A program made the translations under genes and the position numbers. A DNA stretch of 64,000 nucleotides, taken from NCBI GenBank assembly GCA_965235115.1, contig OZ249453.1, forward strand, positions 6,200,001-6,264,000, given 5' to 3'. Shown one piece after another: positions 60,575 through 64,000 of the stretch. Every line of letters begins with the position of its first letter. Within the stretch, counting starts at the first letter, position 1. Origin of the DNA: Laetmonice hystrix. Lineage: Eukaryota. The notes below the pieces were generated by a model. That model searched no databases and was not told the origin of the DNA. It saw only the letters and a program-made list of their open reading frames with translations.

Positions 60575-63500
60575 GGATGGATGGGTCGGGATCGATGGGA
60601 GGGACAGTGGGGACAGTGGAAACAGTGGACTCAGGGCACGGGATGGGGATCGGTGGAAGGGACGGTGGACTCAGGGCTCGGGATGGGGATCGGTGGGAGG
60701 GACAGTGGAAACAGTGGAAACAGTGGACTCAGGGCACGGGATGGGGATCGGTGAGGGGACAGTGGAAACAGTGGACTCAGGGCTCGGGATGGGGATCGGT
60801 GGCAGGGACAGTGGAAACAGTGGACTCAGGGCTCGGGATGGGGATCGATGGGAGGGACAGTGGAAACAGTGGACTCAGGGCTCGGGATGGGGATCGGTGG
60901 AAGGGACGGTGGACTCAGGGCTCGGGATTGGGATCGGTGGGAGGGACAGTGGAAACAGTGGACTCAGGGCTCGGGATGGGGATCGGTGGGAGGGACAGTG
61001 GAAACAGTGGACTCAGGGCCCGGGATGGGGATCGGTGGGAAGGACAGTGGAAACAGTGGACTCAGGGCCCGGGATGGGGATCGGTGGGAGGGACAGTGGA
61101 AACAGTGGAAACAGTGGACTCAGGGCCCGGGATGGGGATCGATGGGAGGGACAGTGGAAACAGTGGACTCAGGGCTCGGGATGGGGATCGATGGGAGGGA
61201 CAGTGGAAACAGTGGACTCAGGGCTCGGGATGGGGATCGGTGGGAGGGACAGTGGAAACAGTGGACTCAGGGCCCGGGATGGGGATCGGTGGGAGGGACA
61301 GTGGAAACAGTGGACGCAGGGCTCGGGATGGGGATCGATGGAAGGGACGGTGGACTCAGGGCTCGGGATGGGGATCGGTGGGAGGGACAGTGGAAACAGT
61401 GGACTCAGGGCTCGGGATGGGGATCGGTGGGAGGGACAGTGGAAACAGTGGACTCAGGGCTCGGGATGGGGATCGGTGGGAGGGACAGTGGAAACAGTGG
61501 ACTCAGGGCTCGGGATGGGGATCGGTGGGAGGGACAGTGGAAACAGTGGACTCAGGGCTCGGGATGGGGATCGGTGGGAGGGACAGTGGAAACAGTGGAC
61601 TCAGGGCTCGGGATGGGGATCGGTGGGAGGGACAGTGGAAACAGTGGACTCAGGGCTCGGGATGGGGATCGATGGGAGGGACGGTGGAAACAGTGGACTC
61701 AGGGCTCGGGATGGGGATCGGTGGGAGGGACAGTGGAAACAGTGGACTCAGGGCTCGGGATGGGGATCGGTGGAAGGGACAGTGGAAACAGTGGACTCAG
61801 GGCCCGGGATGGGGATCGGTGGGAGGGACAGTGGACTCAGTGGAAACAGTGGACTCAGGGCTCGGGATGGGGATCGGTGGGAGGGACAGTGGAAACAGTG
61901 GACTCAGGGCACGGGATGGGGATCGGTGGGAGGGACAGTGGAAACAGTGGACTCAGGGCTCGGGATGGGGATCGGTGGAAGGGACAGTGGAAACAGTGGA
62001 CTCAGGGCTCGGGATGGGGATCGGTGGGAGGGACAGTGGAAACAGTGGACTCAGGGCTCGGGGTGGGGATCGGTGGAAGGGGCAGTGGAAACAGTGGACT
62101 CAGGGCTCGGGATGGGGATCGGTGGGAGGGACAGTGGAAACAGTGGACTCAGGGCTCGGGATGGGGATCGGTGGGAGGGACAGTGGAAACAGTGGAAACA
62201 GTGGACTCAGGGCTCGGGATGGGGATCGGTGGGAGGGACGGTGGAAACAGTGGAAACAGTGGACTCAGGGCACGGGATGGGGATCGGTGGGAGGGACAGT
62301 GGAAACAGTGGACGCAGGGCTCGGGATGGGGATCGGTGGGAGGGACAGTGGAAACAGTGGACTCGGGGCTCGGGATGGGGATCGGTGAGAGGGACAGTGG
62401 AAACAGTGGACTCAGGGCCCGGGATGGGGATCGATGGGAGGGACAGTGGAAACAGTGGACTCAGGGCTCGGGATGGGGATCGGTGGAAGGGACAGTGGAA
62501 ACAGTGGACTCAGGGCTCGGGATGGGGATCGGTGGGAGGGACAGTGGAAACAGTGGAAACAGTGGACTCAGGGCACGGGATGGGGATCGGTGGGAGGGAC
62601 AGTGGAAACAGTGGACGCAGGGCTCGGGATGGGGATCGGTGGGAGGGACAGTGGAAACAGTGGACTCAGGGCTCGGGATGGGGATCGGTGGGAGGGACGG
62701 TGGAAACAGTGGACTCAGGGCTCGGGATGGGGATCGATGGGAGGGACAGTGGAAACAGTGGACTAAGGGCTCAGGAAGGGGATCGGTGGAAGGGACAGTG
62801 GGAACAGTGGACTCAGGGCTCGGGATGGGGATCGGTGGAAGGGACAGTGGGAACAGTGGACTCAGGGTCCGGGAAGGGGATCGGTGGGAGGGACAGTGGG
62901 GACAGTGGACTGAGGGCTCGGGATGGGGATCGGTGGGAGGGACAGTGGGGACAGTGGACTCAGGGCTCGGGATGGGGATCGGTGGAAGGGACAGTGGGAA
63001 CAGTGGACTCAGGGCTCGGGATGGGGATCGGTGGAAGGGACAGTGGGAACAGTGGACTCAGGGTCCGGGAAGGGGATCGGTGGGAGGGACAGTGGGGACA
63101 GTGGACTCAGGGTCCGGGAAGGGGATCGGTGGGAGGGACAGTGGGGACAGTGGACTGAGGGCTCGGGATGGGGATCGGTGGAAGGGACAGTGGGAACAGT
63201 GGACTCAGGGTCCGGGAAGGGGATCGGTGGGAGGGACAGTGGGGACAGTGGACTCAGGGCTCGGGATGGGGATCGGTGGGAGGGGGCAGTGGGAACAGTG
63301 GACTCAGGGCCCGGGATGGGGATCGGTGGGAGGGACAGTGGACTCAGGGCTCGGGATGGGGATCGGTGGGAGGGGGCAGTGGGAACAGTGGACTCAGGGC
63401 CTGGGATGGGGATCGGTGGGAGGGGGCAGTGGACTCAGGGCTCGGGATGGGGATCGGTGGGAGGGACAGTGGAAACAGTGGACTCAGGGCTCGGGATGGG

Positions 63501-63600
63501 GATCGGTGGGAGGGGGCAGTGGGAACAGTGGACTCAGGGCTCGGGATGGGGATCGGTGGGAGGGGGCAGTGGAGACAGTGGACTCAGGGCTCGGGGTGTG
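60575..63600. repeat. ~3-kb G-rich satellite, 49-bp unit, about 60 copies
   Basis: acagtggaaacagtggactcagggctcgggatggggatcggtgggaggg; the 49-aa peptide periodicity in all three + frames equals three units. Confidence 0.95.
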
Positions 63601-63774
63601 GATCGGTGTGGATTGGGATCAGGTGAAACTGGTAGATAGGGATTGGCGTCAGGGTGTATTGGGATCAGGTGAATGATGGGGATGGGGATCAGGGTGGATT
63701 GGGATCAGGTGAAACGGGTTGATGGGGATGGGGGTCAGTGTGGATTTGGATCAGGTGAATGGGGTTGATGGGGA

Positions 63775-64000
63775 TGACACCGATCACAACTCAAGGACAC
63801 CGTTCACAGCTCAAGGACACCGGTCAAAGCTCAAGGACACCGGTCACAACCCAAGGACACCGGTCACAGCTCAAGGACACCGGTCACAGCTCAAGGACAC
63901 CGGTCACAGCTCAAGGACACCGGCCACAACCCAAGGACACCGGTTAGACCTCAAGGACACCGGTTAGAGCTCAAGGACACCGGTCACAGCACAGGGACAC
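63775..64000. repeat. 20-bp minisatellite (runs off window end)
   Basis: ctcaaggacaccggtcacag, about 11 copies. Confidence 0.9.

Noticed and set aside
60531-63676. ORFs of 616-942 aa on the + strand
   Set aside because: The 49-bp unit lacks stops and is not a multiple of 3, so all three frames give the same 49-aa periodic peptide; it is a satellite artefact.
48577-64000. Search for the next Eph exon (Cys-rich EGF-like CxxGxYK...C pattern) and further recursive sites
   Set aside because: None found by eye; they probably lie beyond the window.

Overview
Eukaryotic (invertebrate bilaterian, probably lophotrochozoan-like) genomic DNA lying entirely inside one + strand gene, an Eph receptor tyrosine kinase. 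Two coding exons can be identified: 3260-3357 (start of the ephrin-binding domain, VTLLDT...LGW...KVG) and 47904-48576 (rest of the ligand-binding domain plus start of the Cys-rich region). They join in frame across a 44,546-nt GT-AG intron. The signal-peptide exon and later exons appear to lie outside the window. Almost all other listed ORFs are artefacts of minisatellites or low-complexity DNA. The most notable structure is inside the long intron: two near-perfect juxtaposed acceptor/donor sites (polypyrimidine tract-TTTCAG|GTAAGT at 16799/16800 and 29278/29279) split it into 13.4, 12.5 and 18.6 kb pieces. Each is followed by a second strong donor that defines a frame-breaking cryptic exon (38 and 137 nt). 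This is the architecture of recursive splice sites with RS-exons. The introns also contain many CTCF-like motifs (at least 19 cores), RFX X-box clusters, a palindromic MITE with a related fragment, about 20 minisatellites (several carrying transcription-factor-like motifs), and a ~3 kb G-quadruplex-prone 49-bp array. All counts were made by eye and no database searches were run.
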